NCBI GenBank assembly: GCA_020632495.1
Contig: JACKFL010000005.1
Coordinates: 1,036,925 to 1,100,924 of the forward strand
Origin: Candidatus Omnitrophota bacterium
GTDB taxonomy: Bacteria; Omnitrophota; Gorgyraeia; Zapsychrales; Zapsychraceae
DNA length: 64,000 nucleotides
Direction: 5' to 3'
Made by a program: the position numbers and the translations under genes. Below the pieces are notes generated by a model. The model had not been told where the DNA came from and did no database searches. It saw only the letters and a program-made list of their open reading frames with translations. Positions 43,002-53,296 of the stretch are shown piece after piece (within the stretch, counting starts at the first letter, position 1; each line of letters begins with the position of its first letter).

Positions 43002-43757
43002 GTGAAGAGACGCGCTGCACAGATTCGTCGAATTATTATCTACCTGCTCATGCTCGCCTGTCTCTACCCCATCACCCAAGCCGACTTTTTTATCAACATC
43101 AATCCGCTATGGACGCATACCGGCACCACGCATTTCATTATCCGCTATCCGCGCGGGTCGCCGGCGGCCGACGGCATCATGGACTTGGCCGCTCAGCTGG
43201 AAGGTTATTACGCCGAGTTGACCAAGATTTTTCCGCTCCCCGAACACGAACCGATACCGGTTTATTATCACAACCGCCAATTGTTTGCGGGATTGAACCC
43301 GGTGTGGGGCTACACCACCGACTACTCTGTCCATGCGACCTATTCGCACCGGATCAAGGACACCAGTCCGCATGAACTGCGGCATTTCATCCAGGACATG
43401 ATCAATCCGGACGCGCCTTACTTTTTTAACGAAGGCGCCTGCGGCATCGGGATCCGCATCGGCGGGATCGGTTTCGACAGCCGGGCGCGCGCGTCCTGTC
43501 CGGACCTGCAACGGATAACATTGGAGTCCCTGGTCCATGACTACCGTATGCACGCCGACCGGCGGCAGGACTATTGGGCCTATTCGTTCGCCGCATTCCT
43601 GACCGGGACCTTCGGCAAAAAGACCTTCGGCCGCTTCTACGCGCGGGCCACGCCGGCCGATTGGAGAGAGGTCTTTGCCGAGGAATTCGGTATTCCGCCC
43701 GGCCAGGCCGAGGCCGCCTGGAAAGCGGCGCTGTGCGCGAAAATCCCGCTTCAATAG
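43002..43757 (+). CDS. Secreted hypothetical protein with HExxH (putative gluzincin-like metallopeptidase)
   Basis: GTG start. Signal-like IIIYLLMLACLYPITQA. SPHELRHFIQDMINPDAPYFFNEGAC (HExxH with a downstream E). Confidence 0.6.
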   Translation: MKRRAAQIRRIIIYLLMLACLYPITQADFFININPLWTHTGTTHFIIRYPRGSPAADGIMDLAAQLEGYYAELTKIFPLPEHEPIPVYYHNRQLFAGLNPVWGYTTDYSVHATYSHRIKDTSPHELRHFIQDMINPDAPYFFNEGACGIGIRIGGIGFDSRARASCPDLQRITLESLVHDYRMHADRRQDYWAYSFAAFLTGTFGKKTFGRFYARATPADWREVFAEEFGIPPGQAEAAWKAALCAKIPLQ

Positions 43758-43866
43758 CAGCCCGCCCCCGATCCTGTGCTAAAATGACATCAATAAAATA
43801 GGGACAGACTCCAATTTACGGTATTGGCGCCTGTCCCTGAATCATCGGGGTTTGTCCCCATTTTTT

Positions 43867-45291
43867 ATGTTATTTCATTCCATCCATTTCGTCATTTTCT
43901 TCCTCATTGTCTACGCCCTGTACCGGGTGCTGCCGCACAAGGGGCAGAACCGGATGCTGCTGGTAGCCAGCTACGTGTTTTACGGGTCGTGGGACTGGCG
44001 GTTTTTGTCGCTGATCCTGATTTCGACGATTGTCGATTATATCTGCGGACTGCGGATCCATGACACAGATGATCCAAAAACCAGGAAGCATTTCCTGCGG
44101 CTGAGCCTTGTCACCAACCTCGGCCTGCTCGGGGTCTTTAAGTATTTTAATTTCTTCGCCGATAACCTCAGCGCCTTGTTGGGCGTCTTCGGACTGCACT
44201 CCGATCTTGCCGTGCTGAACGTCATCCTGCCGGTGGGGATTTCTTTTTATACTTTCCAAACCCTCAGCTACACGATCGACATCTATTACGGCAAATTGAA
44301 ACCCACGCGCTGCTTTTGGGATTTCGCGCTGTTCGTGGCCTTCTTTCCGCAGCTGGTCGCCGGGCCGATCGAGCGCGCGTCGCATCTGCTTCCGCAGCTC
44401 CAAAATCCGCGCCGGCCGACGCTGCAACAATTCTACGAAGGCTGCTACTTGTTTTTCTGGGGATTATTTCTGAAGATGTTCGTCGCCGACAATCTCGCGC
44501 GGCTGGCCGATCCGATCTTTAACAAGGGGCCGTATGAGGGCGGGATGGTGTGGATCGGTGTCTATGCCTTTGCCTTTCAGATCTTCGGCGACTTTGCCGG
44601 CTATTCGAATATGGCGCGCGGGATCGGCAAACTGCTCGGCATCGAGATCATGAATAACTTCCTGGCACCGTACATGGCCGCCAATCCGCGTGACTTCTGG
44701 CGGCGCTGGCACATCAGTCTGTCGACCTGGCTGCGTGACTACCTTTATATTCCGCTGGGCGGGAACAAGGGCGGGGACTTGCTGACGCTGCGCAATCTGA
44801 TGCTGACGATGCTGCTGGGCGGACTGTGGCACGGCGCGGCCTGGACGTTCGTCATTTGGGGGTTTTATCACGGGGTGCTGTTGATCGGACACCGCCTGCT
44901 CGGTCCGTGGCTGGACAAGACGGTGCGTATCGAGGGCGCGGGGGAGGGTGTGTGGAAGGCCGCGAAGATCGTCTTTTTCTTTCAGCTGACCTGTATCGGC
45001 TGGCTGATCTTTCGCGCGCAATCGCTTACGCAACTCGGCGCGATGGGCAAGGCCATGCTCACGCCGTGGGTTACCAGCGATCCCGGGTTGCTGACCGCAC
45101 GGTTGTGGCAGCTGGTGCTTTACACCTACATTGTCGTGCTGATGCAGATAATGCAGTACCTGCGCGACGATGAACTGGTGATCTTCCGCATCCGGATTCC
45201 GGTGCGGGCCTTAATTTACGTGGTGTTATTTTATATGATCGTGGTACGCGGAGTGACCGGTGGCAAAGAGTTCATCTACTTCCAATTCTAG
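43867..45291 (+). CDS. MBOAT-family O-acyltransferase (AlgI/DltB-like)
   Basis: MLFHSIHFVIFF..., ISFYTFQTLSYTIDIY, FPQLVAGPIERA, WRRWHISLSTWLRDYLYIPLGGN, LGGLWHGAAW. ATG 43867 is preferred over TTG 43852. Confidence 0.92.
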   Translation: MLFHSIHFVIFFLIVYALYRVLPHKGQNRMLLVASYVFYGSWDWRFLSLILISTIVDYICGLRIHDTDDPKTRKHFLRLSLVTNLGLLGVFKYFNFFADNLSALLGVFGLHSDLAVLNVILPVGISFYTFQTLSYTIDIYYGKLKPTRCFWDFALFVAFFPQLVAGPIERASHLLPQLQNPRRPTLQQFYEGCYLFFWGLFLKMFVADNLARLADPIFNKGPYEGGMVWIGVYAFAFQIFGDFAGYSNMARGIGKLLGIEIMNNFLAPYMAANPRDFWRRWHISLSTWLRDYLYIPLGGNKGGDLLTLRNLMLTMLLGGLWHGAAWTFVIWGFYHGVLLIGHRLLGPWLDKTVRIEGAGEGVWKAAKIVFFFQLTCIGWLIFRAQSLTQLGAMGKAMLTPWVTSDPGLLTARLWQLVLYTYIVVLMQIMQYLRDDELVIFRIRIPVRALIYVVLFYMIVVRGVTGGKEFIYFQF

Positions 45292-46261
45292 ACCGTGGCC
45301 GTGGGCCTTTCTGATCGCGTTGACGGTGATCATCATCATCGAGAGCCTGGTGGTGGTCTTCGACGAGCGGTTTTACTATCCGCCGTTCAACAACCTGCGC
45401 ATGAAGGTCAAGAACGAGATCTCCCTGTCGGCGGACCGCCACTTCGACGTGCTGATCCTCGGCGACAGTTTCAATCTCACCGGACTCGACCCCGCGCTGT
45501 TGACCGCGGACACGGAGCTTTCCGGCTTCAACTATGCCACGTTTGCCGTCAATTCGGTGATTACCTCTTACGTCCTGTTGAGAAACAGTCTTAAGAAGAA
45601 GGGGCCCAAGCCGCGTTACTTGATCATCGGTTACCTCGATTATATCCCGCAGTTCAGCAAGGACTATATTTACGAGAAGTACGCGCATACCCTGTTCGAT
45701 TTCAAGCAAGGGAATATCGGAGTGTTTACCGCGGAGTTCGGTCCGGCTCTCTGTCTGAAGTTCCTCATACCGACGTTGAAGCATCAGGGATACTTTTTGC
45801 TGAACGCCAAACCCACGCCGCCGGAGAAGATCCGCGCGGTGCGGCAGTCGGTCTATGACAAGCGCGGTTTCTATGAATGGCACGCCGAGCGGGAGTTCGA
45901 CGGCAATATCGATTACATCAATACGGATGACGAGTTCTACGCCACCCCGTACTTCGAGAAATACATCCGCAAGATCCTCACGCTGTGCGCCCGCAACGAC
46001 ATCAAGGTCCTGTACATCATGCCCACGGTCGTCCCGGAGCTTGACAAACGGTTGACCGCGGCGGGCCGGCGGGACGCTTATATGGCATACTTGCAGGGAC
46101 TGAAGGAAGAGTATCCCAATATGGACATCATTTACCCGGCCGGGCAACTCAGCGATCCGCGATTCTACACCGACCAGGACCATCTTAACGCCCGCGGCGG
46201 CGCGGTCCTGAGCGACATGACGCGCGGTTGGCTGCGGGGCGCGTCCGGACCGGCGGAATGA
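45260..46261 (+). CDS. Membrane-anchored SGNH/GDSL-like partner protein of the MBOAT (DUF1574/AlgX-J-like, tentative)
   Basis: N-terminal anchor AFLIALTVIIIIESLVV. VLILGDSF (GDS block) and DQDHLN (DxxH block). GTG start overlaps the MBOAT 3' end by 32 nt. Confidence 0.65.
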   Translation: MAKSSSTSNSRPWPWAFLIALTVIIIIESLVVVFDERFYYPPFNNLRMKVKNEISLSADRHFDVLILGDSFNLTGLDPALLTADTELSGFNYATFAVNSVITSYVLLRNSLKKKGPKPRYLIIGYLDYIPQFSKDYIYEKYAHTLFDFKQGNIGVFTAEFGPALCLKFLIPTLKHQGYFLLNAKPTPPEKIRAVRQSVYDKRGFYEWHAEREFDGNIDYINTDDEFYATPYFEKYIRKILTLCARNDIKVLYIMPTVVPELDKRLTAAGRRDAYMAYLQGLKEEYPNMDIIYPAGQLSDPRFYTDQDHLNARGGAVLSDMTRGWLRGASGPAE

Positions 46262-46271
46262 CCACGAACGA

Positions 46272-48485
46272 ATGAAAAGAATTCATCTCATCCAGACCAT
46301 CGCGTTTCTCTCCGCGCTGCTGTTGTTTCAGATCGAACTGATCATCGCCAAGCTGTTTTTGCCCAACTTCGGGGGGAGTTACATGGTGTGGGGCGCGTGC
46401 GTCGTTTTTTTTCAGGCCGCGCTCATGCTCGGATACCGGTACTCGCAAGCGGTCGTCGAGAAGTTCGGCATCGAACGCTACCGGATCATGCACGCGGCGC
46501 TCGCCTTGTTGCCGCTTTTGTCGTTCCCCGGCCGCGCGCTGCCCATGACCTTTGACGCGCTCCCGTGGCCGTTGGTGCTGTCGGTGTTCTGGCATTTATG
46601 TATCCTGATCGGACCGGTCTTCTTCGTACTGAGTACCACCAGTGTCATCTGGCAGATGTGGCTGGTGGCCTCGGACCTTCCCGAACGTAACAATCCCTAT
46701 GTCCTGTTCGCGGTCTCCAATGCCGGCTCGCTGGTGGCCTTGCTGACGTATCCGTTTCTCGTCGAGCTTTATCTGGACCTGCCGGCACAACAGAACATCT
46801 GGCGGGCGGGTTACCTGGTGTTTGTGCTGCTGCAGTGGTGGGCGTTTAAGATCATACCGGTCAAGGAGGCGAAGCCGCGCAAGGTGGAGCTTAAGCCCGT
46901 GAAGCCCGCGCGCCTCATTCACTGGCTGTGTTACTCGGCGGCGGGCGTGATGATGTTCCTGGCGGTGACCAATATCGTGACCGCCGAAATCGCGCCGCTG
47001 CCGTTGCTGTGGGTCGCGCCGCTGGTGATTTATCTGGTCAGTTTTATCCTGAACTTCAAGAAAAAGCCGTACTGTCCGCGATGGCTGCGCGAGGACATTC
47101 ACTCAGTGGCCGGTTTTGCCGTGGTGATCTATTTTGTGGTGCAGGTGCCGCTGCTGCCGGTCCTGCTCGATATGTTTTTATTATTCATGATGACCTATCT
47201 GGTCTGTATGCACACACAGTACCGGCTCTATCAGTCCCGCCCCGGTGACCATCGCTACTTGCCGTTCTACTATTTTATCGTTTCGGTGGGAAGTCTCCTG
47301 GGAGGTGTTTTTGTCAGCTGGATCATGCCCTTATTGTCGACGGCCTACGCCGAGTACTTCGCGGCGTTTCTGGTCATTGCCGCGGCCTTGCTGACGGAAC
47401 GGCGGCGCCGGCGTATTTTGCCTGGGATCCTGATGGCCTTTGCCGCGATTATCCTGATGATGATGTGGCCGCTGATATTCAGTCAGCCTGAGGTGCGCCT
47501 GACCTGGATCCAGTTCGCCGGGTTGGCCGGTCTGCTGGTCCTGGTACCGCTGGTGTTTTCGAACCTGCGCGATCATCCCGCGGCCTTTGCCGGATGCCTG
47601 GCCGTCTTTACCGTATTGACACCGCTGATCGAGACGCGCTGGTCGTTGACCGAGCACATTTACCGCTACCGGAATTACTACGGCGCGGGCAAGGTCCGCC
47701 TGGCCGACGGCGCCCGCACACTGGTCCACGGGACAACCATTCACGGTTCTCAATACGTACAGCCCGCTCTTGAACATATTCCCCTGGCATACTACGGTTA
47801 CCGTTCGCCGGTAGGGGAGCTGCTGCAGCAGGACGTGATCCGCTTGGAACGAATGGGGATCATCGGGCTGGGGATCGGGACCATGGCCACCTATTTCCGG
47901 CCGGATCAAACCGTGGATATTTTCGAGCTCGATCCGGATATCTACCAACTCGCGCGGACCCATTTCCGTTTCCTGGCGAGGGCGAAGGGGACGGTCCGCT
48001 ATCACACCGGAGACGGCCGGTTGCTGCTGGGCGAGATTCCGGACGGGACGTATGACCTGCTTATCATTGACGCCTTCAGCGGGGACGCGGTCCCCGTGCA
48101 CCTGCTGACCCGCGAGGCCTTGGAGCTGTACCGGCGGAAGGTGAAGCCGGACGGTGTGGTCCTGTTTCACATCTCCAACCGTTATTTCTTTCTGGGTGCG
48201 CCGTTGACGGCCACGGCCCGTTCTCTCGAGGCGGAGGCGGCTATCAAAGAAGGCCCGAAGACCCAGGAGCTCGACCAGTCTTCGCTGTGGCTGGCCGTGA
48301 CTTGGGACCCCGCGCGGCTGGCGACGCTTGTCCGGGAATGGAACTGGAGTCACGTCTCACCGGCTTCCCCGCGCATCCGGGTGTGGACCGACCGGTACCA
48401 CACCGTTCTTCCTTATATAGAGTACTCCAATTTGTGGCGTGACTCGATGTTCCTGCTGAAGCGCCTGAACGCGCCGGTCCGCTAG
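46272..48485 (+). CDS. Fused polytopic membrane domain / spermidine-synthase-like methyltransferase-fold protein
   Basis: About 12 N-terminal TM helices. Then IIGLGIGTMATY...IFELDPDIY...GDGRLLL...YDLLIIDAFSGDAVPVHLLTREA, a spermidine synthase-like SAM-fold. Confidence 0.85.
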   Translation: MKRIHLIQTIAFLSALLLFQIELIIAKLFLPNFGGSYMVWGACVVFFQAALMLGYRYSQAVVEKFGIERYRIMHAALALLPLLSFPGRALPMTFDALPWPLVLSVFWHLCILIGPVFFVLSTTSVIWQMWLVASDLPERNNPYVLFAVSNAGSLVALLTYPFLVELYLDLPAQQNIWRAGYLVFVLLQWWAFKIIPVKEAKPRKVELKPVKPARLIHWLCYSAAGVMMFLAVTNIVTAEIAPLPLLWVAPLVIYLVSFILNFKKKPYCPRWLREDIHSVAGFAVVIYFVVQVPLLPVLLDMFLLFMMTYLVCMHTQYRLYQSRPGDHRYLPFYYFIVSVGSLLGGVFVSWIMPLLSTAYAEYFAAFLVIAAALLTERRRRRILPGILMAFAAIILMMMWPLIFSQPEVRLTWIQFAGLAGLLVLVPLVFSNLRDHPAAFAGCLAVFTVLTPLIETRWSLTEHIYRYRNYYGAGKVRLADGARTLVHGTTIHGSQYVQPALEHIPLAYYGYRSPVGELLQQDVIRLERMGIIGLGIGTMATYFRPDQTVDIFELDPDIYQLARTHFRFLARAKGTVRYHTGDGRLLLGEIPDGTYDLLIIDAFSGDAVPVHLLTREALELYRRKVKPDGVVLFHISNRYFFLGAPLTATARSLEAEAAIKEGPKTQELDQSSLWLAVTWDPARLATLVREWNWSHVSPASPRIRVWTDRYHTVLPYIEYSNLWRDSMFLLKRLNAPVR

Positions 48486-48510
48486 GCCGCCGGCCGGGCT
48501 GGAAAAAGTG

Positions 48511-48541
48511 TTTGACAGAATATTAAAATATGCTAATATTC
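48511..48541 (+). promoter_or_regulatory. Promoter (TTGACA-16 nt-TAATAT) overlapped by palindrome AGAATATTA-N8-TAATATTCT (candidate ArsR operator)
   Basis: TTGACA at 48511-48516. Inverted repeat 48516-48524 / 48533-48541. Located 19 nt upstream of the ArsR-family gene. Confidence 0.55.
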
Positions 48542-48559
48542 TAATAAAAGGAGATCGCC

Positions 48560-48865
48560 ATGAAAAAGACCGCCGACAGCGCTATCTATTCCCAAGCCGC
48601 CCGGATGCTCCGATCGGTTGCCCACCCGGCGCGCATTGAGATCATTGACCTCCTGGTCGCGGAGCAATCCCTGACCGTCAATGAAATCAAAGACCGCTTA
48701 GGGCTGACTCAATCCATGACCTCACAGCACCTCAGTGTCCTGAAAACGGCCGGCATCGTCGCCTGCGAGAAAGAAGCGAACAGTTGCCATTACTATATCC
48801 AGAACAAAAACGTCCTGAAGCTACTCGAGTGCGTGCAACGCTGCGCCCGGGACCAGGCCGGGTAG
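48560..48865 (+). CDS. ArsR/SmtB-family transcriptional regulator
   Basis: LRSVAHPARIEIIDLLVAEQSLTVNEIKDRLGLTQSMTSQHLSVLKTAGIV is a winged HTH typical of ArsR. Confidence 0.9.
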   Translation: MKKTADSAIYSQAARMLRSVAHPARIEIIDLLVAEQSLTVNEIKDRLGLTQSMTSQHLSVLKTAGIVACEKEANSCHYYIQNKNVLKLLECVQRCARDQAG

Positions 48866-48874
48866 GAGGGGGCC

Positions 48875-51211
48875 ATGTTAAAGAAGTTTGTCCTGTATAC
48901 GTTGAATCATCCCAAATCCGTGATCATCGCGAGCATCCTGCTGACGATCCTGGCCGCGGCGCAGTTTCCCCGGATCAAGGTGGACACCGATCCGGAGAAT
49001 ATGCTGCCCTCCGACGCGCCCGTCAGGGTATTTCACCATGCCACCAAGACCGAATTCGCGCTTTATGATTTCATCGTGTTGGGCGTCGTCAATGAACGCG
49101 ACCCGGACGGGGTCTTCAATCCGGCAACGCTGACGACCGTTTATCAGCTCACCAATGATATCAAGAATATTGAAGGCGTCATTGCGCACGAAATTATCGC
49201 GCCGTCGACCAAGGACAATATCGAACAAGCCGATTTGGGCAGCGTGCGCTTTCAGTGGCTGATGGAATCACCGCCCGGGACCCGCGACGAGGCGCTGAAG
49301 ATTCGCGACGAAGCGCAGGACCATCCGATGTTTCGCGGCAGTGTCGTCTCCGAAGACGGCAAAGCGCTGGCCATCTATATTCCCATCGAAAAGAAGGACC
49401 TCAGTTACGAAGTGGCGCAGGCCGTGCGGGAACTGATCAAAAAGTACCCGGGCGACGAGGAGTTTCACATCACCGGCCTGCCGGTGGCCGAGGACCAGTT
49501 CGGTGTGGAGATGTTCAAGCAGATGGCGCTCTCCGCGCCGCTGGCCGGTCTTATCATCTTTCTGTTGATGCTGTTTTTCTTCCGATCGGCCAAGTTGGTG
49601 GCCGCGCCGATGATCGTGGCCGTCCTCACGGTGATAATAACCATGGGACTGCTTATCGGCTGCGGGTACCCGGTGCACATCATGAGTTCGATGATCCCGA
49701 TCTTCCTGATGCCGATTGCCGTACTCGATTCTGTCCATATCCTGAGTGAATTCTTTGACAAGTATCAGCAGTTTAAGGACCGCCGGGAAACTATTGTGTT
49801 CGTGCTGGAGGAGCTGTTTACCCCGATGCTGTTCACCTCGTTGACCTCGGCGGCCGGATTCTTCTCGTTGTCGTTTTCCCCGATTCCCCCCGTTCAGGTG
49901 TTCGGCGTGTTCGTCGCGATCGGCATCGGTCTCGCCTGGGTCCTGACCATGCTGCTCATCCCGGCCTACATCATGCTGTTGAAGGAAGAAGGCTTTGCCG
50001 GCTTCGGGCATGTGGAGGCGGATGAAAAGCCGCATATGATTGATAAGACGCTGGCCGTGGTCCGTGACGCCAGCACCGGCGCCTACAAGACCGTGATTAT
50101 CCTGACCCTCGTCGTGATCGCCGCTTCGGCTTATGGGATCAGCCGGATTCAGGTGAACGACAATCCGGTGCGCTGGTTCAATCCGGGCCATCCCATCCGC
50201 ATCGCCGACCGGATCCTCAACGCGCATTTTTCCGGGACGTACGAGGCTTATTTAGTGATGGAGGCGGCGGACAAAGAGGGTGAGGTCTTTCTGCAGCCGG
50301 AGATGCTCCGCTATGTTGAGGGTTTGCAGGCGGCATTGATCGATTCCAAGCTGGTCGGCAAGACCATGTCCCTGGCCGATATCGTTAAAAAGGTTTATTA
50401 CGAACTGCTCGGCGGCGACAAGGCCAACAACAAGATCCCAGGCACCAAGGCGGCGGTCGCGCAGAGCTTGATCTCCTTTGAAAGTTCCCACAAACCGGAC
50501 GACCTTTGGCATCTGACCACCCCTGACTATCACAAGGCCGTCATTTGGCTGCAGCTGAAAAGCGGCGATAACAAGGATATGTCCAAGGTTGTCGCGCTGG
50601 CCGAAGATTACATGCGCCGTAATACGCCACCGTTGGCCGTTTCCCATGAGTGGGCCGGGTTGACCTACATCAATGTGATTTGGCAAAACAACATGGTGGT
50701 GGGCATGTTGAAGAATTTCCTGGGATCGTTCGTGATCGTCTTCGGGATGATGCTGGTCCTGTTCCGTTCGCCGCTGAAGGCGATTGTTTCGATGGTCCCG
50801 CTGACGGTGACGATCCTGTTTATCTACAGTTTGCTCGGGTTCTTCGGCAAGGACTACGACATGCCGGTGGCGGTGCTCTCGGCGCTGACCCTGGGGCTTT
50901 CGATCGATTTCGCGATCCACTTTATCCAGCGGGCCGCCGAGATTCAGCAGGCCGAAGGCGACTGGATGCGGACAGCCGCGGCCATGTTCGGCGGTCCCGG
51001 CCGGGCAATCGTGCGCAACGCGCTGGTGATCGCCATCGGTTTTCTGCCGCTGCTGGCCGCCCCGCTGATCCCTTACAAGACCGTCGGGTTCTTCATGTTC
51101 ATGATCATGGCCGTGTCGAGCGTGGCCACGCTGCTCATTATTCCCTCGATTATCTCGGCGTTGCCGCAGAAGTTCTTTCATACCAAAAAAGGAGGCGATC
51201 ACCATGCTTAA
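48875..51211 (+). CDS. RND-superfamily exporter (MMPL/HAE3-like)
   Basis: 778 aa with two 6-TM bundles and large periplasmic loops. Length and topology are MMPL/HpnN-like. Confidence 0.85.
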   Translation: MLKKFVLYTLNHPKSVIIASILLTILAAAQFPRIKVDTDPENMLPSDAPVRVFHHATKTEFALYDFIVLGVVNERDPDGVFNPATLTTVYQLTNDIKNIEGVIAHEIIAPSTKDNIEQADLGSVRFQWLMESPPGTRDEALKIRDEAQDHPMFRGSVVSEDGKALAIYIPIEKKDLSYEVAQAVRELIKKYPGDEEFHITGLPVAEDQFGVEMFKQMALSAPLAGLIIFLLMLFFFRSAKLVAAPMIVAVLTVIITMGLLIGCGYPVHIMSSMIPIFLMPIAVLDSVHILSEFFDKYQQFKDRRETIVFVLEELFTPMLFTSLTSAAGFFSLSFSPIPPVQVFGVFVAIGIGLAWVLTMLLIPAYIMLLKEEGFAGFGHVEADEKPHMIDKTLAVVRDASTGAYKTVIILTLVVIAASAYGISRIQVNDNPVRWFNPGHPIRIADRILNAHFSGTYEAYLVMEAADKEGEVFLQPEMLRYVEGLQAALIDSKLVGKTMSLADIVKKVYYELLGGDKANNKIPGTKAAVAQSLISFESSHKPDDLWHLTTPDYHKAVIWLQLKSGDNKDMSKVVALAEDYMRRNTPPLAVSHEWAGLTYINVIWQNNMVVGMLKNFLGSFVIVFGMMLVLFRSPLKAIVSMVPLTVTILFIYSLLGFFGKDYDMPVAVLSALTLGLSIDFAIHFIQRAAEIQQAEGDWMRTAAAMFGGPGRAIVRNALVIAIGFLPLLAAPLIPYKTVGFFMFMIMAVSSVATLLIIPSIISALPQKFFHTKKGGDHHA

Positions 51212-51992
51212 GAAGATAACAGGATTGGGTTTGGCCGTGCTGTTGGCCGGAGTTACCATGGCCGGCGCCGAACCCGCCGTTGACGAAATTATCACCAAGG
51301 CCAACAGCGTCGCCTACTATGCCGGCGACGACGGATTGGCAGATGTCACCATGACCATCACCGACGCCCAGGGGAGGGAGCGGGTGCGGGAATTCCGGAT
51401 CCTGCGTTACGACGTCGCCGACCAGGGCGAGCAGAAATTCTTTGTCTACTTTCACAAACCCGCGGACGTCGCCAAGATGACCTACATGGTCTGGAAGCAC
51501 CCGGGCGCTGACGACGACCGCTGGCTATATTTGCCGGCGCTCGATCTGGTCAAGCGGATCGCCGCCAGCGACAAGCGTTCGAGTTTTGTGGGTTCGCATT
51601 TCGTTTACGAGGACGTCTCCGGCCGCAACATCGACGACGACGTGCACACGCTCGAATCGACGGACGATACCTACTATAAGTTGAAGAACGTCCCCAAGGA
51701 CCCCAAGGGTCTGGAGTTCGCGTATTACTTTATTTGGATCGATAAAACGACGTTCCTGCCGATGAAGGCGGAGTATTACGATGAACGGGGCGAGCTGATC
51801 CGTACGATCACCGCCCTGGAGACGGCAGAGGTGCAAGGCCATCCGACGGTCCTGAAATCGGAGGTCAAGGACCTGCAGCGCAACGGCCGTACACTGATGG
51901 AGTTTTCGGGCGTCCGTTATGACGCCGGGCTTAAAGACGATATCTTTGCCGAACGCTATCTGCGGAGGGCACCGGTGCAATGGATTCGTTAA
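51204..51992 (+). CDS. Outer-membrane lipoprotein-sorting (LolA_like) protein
   Basis: Signal peptide. YMVWKHPGADDDRWLYLPALDLVKRIAASDKRSSFVGSHFVYEDV, typical of the LolA_like family found next to HAE3 exporters. Confidence 0.8.
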   Translation: MLKKITGLGLAVLLAGVTMAGAEPAVDEIITKANSVAYYAGDDGLADVTMTITDAQGRERVREFRILRYDVADQGEQKFFVYFHKPADVAKMTYMVWKHPGADDDRWLYLPALDLVKRIAASDKRSSFVGSHFVYEDVSGRNIDDDVHTLESTDDTYYKLKNVPKDPKGLEFAYYFIWIDKTTFLPMKAEYYDERGELIRTITALETAEVQGHPTVLKSEVKDLQRNGRTLMEFSGVRYDAGLKDDIFAERYLRRAPVQWIR

Positions 51993-53269
51993 CGCGACAA
52001 ACCGGATGGATTGTCGTTACGGCGGCCGTGATCCTCACGGCGTCGTCAGCGGCCGCGCTGGAACTTCCCGAGATTCACGGCTTTGCCGAGGCGGACGCCG
52101 CCGTCAAAATGGATTCCGGCAATACCAAACATGACGACTACAATCTCCTGGAACAACGCATTCAGTTGAAGTCGACCTCCTTTTTCTCCGGCGACAATTA
52201 CCTGGCCGAGAAGGGCGGGATCTTCAACTTCAAAGGCGATTTTACGGTCGACGAGTACTTCGGCGGTAAAACCGGATTCGAACTGCGCGAACTCAACCTC
52301 GGACTGACCCCTCTGGATATTGTCGACGTGAAGGCCGGCCGCCAGGTACTGACCTGGGGCACCGGCGACTATCTCTTCATCAATGATCTGTTTCCCAAGG
52401 ACTACGTCTCGTTTTTCGCCGGTCGCGACGATGAATATCTCAAGAAACCGTCGGACGCGTTGAGGGTCTCCGTATACCCGTCATGGGGGAACCTCGATGC
52501 CGTGGTTATGGCGTTCGAGCCGAATACGACGGCGGCGGGCGACCGGCTGACGTTTTTCGATCCGCTGCAGGGCGGTATCGCCGGGCGGGAATCGGAGCGG
52601 GAGCTGCTCGAACCGGCGCGCCAGGCCGACAATCTTGAGTACGCGCTGCGCTACTACCGCAATATCGGGAGCCATGAGCTGGCCTTGTATTATTTCCGCG
52701 GGTTCGACAAAAATCCTAACAGTTTCAAGAGCATCGCCGAACGCCAGCTGTTCTACCGCCGTCTGGACGTCTACGGCTGGAGCCTGCGCGGTCCGGTGGC
52801 CGGCGGGATCGGCAACGCGGAGTTCGGTTACGCCCGGTCCCGGGAGGATTCCGAGGGCACGGACCGGTTGATCGAAAATTCACAGCTGAAGATGCTCGCC
52901 GGTTACAGCAAGGATTTGGGCAACGACCTTAAGATAGGAGTACAGTACCAGTTCGAAAAACGGCTCGACTATGCGGCCTATACCGCGGCGTTACTGCCGG
53001 GGGACCTGCTTCTTGACGAATACCGGCATCTGGTGACGCAACGGATCACCAAACAGTTCTTGAATCAGACGCTGACGCTGTCGCTTTTTAACTTTTACTC
53101 GCCCTCGGATAAGGAGGGTTATATCCGGCCGGTTGCCAGTTATGACTGGACCGACCAGTGGAAGGTGACGCTGGGCGTGAATATCCCGTGGGGAGATGAC
53201 GATTACACCGAGTTCGGTCAGATGAAGGAAAACAAAAATATTTATGTGCGGGTCCGTTACAGTTTTTGA
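51980..53269 (+). CDS. Putative outer-membrane beta-barrel protein
   Basis: Signal peptide, alternating beta-strand pattern, and a C-terminal ...YVRVRYSF ending in aromatic F (OMP signature). Confidence 0.65.
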   Translation: MDSLTRQTGWIVVTAAVILTASSAAALELPEIHGFAEADAAVKMDSGNTKHDDYNLLEQRIQLKSTSFFSGDNYLAEKGGIFNFKGDFTVDEYFGGKTGFELRELNLGLTPLDIVDVKAGRQVLTWGTGDYLFINDLFPKDYVSFFAGRDDEYLKKPSDALRVSVYPSWGNLDAVVMAFEPNTTAAGDRLTFFDPLQGGIAGRESERELLEPARQADNLEYALRYYRNIGSHELALYYFRGFDKNPNSFKSIAERQLFYRRLDVYGWSLRGPVAGGIGNAEFGYARSREDSEGTDRLIENSQLKMLAGYSKDLGNDLKIGVQYQFEKRLDYAAYTAALLPGDLLLDEYRHLVTQRITKQFLNQTLTLSLFNFYSPSDKEGYIRPVASYDWTDQWKVTLGVNIPWGDDDYTEFGQMKENKNIYVRVRYSF

Positions 53270-53296
53270 CAACCGGCCCGCGGGGAGGGTGAGAAA

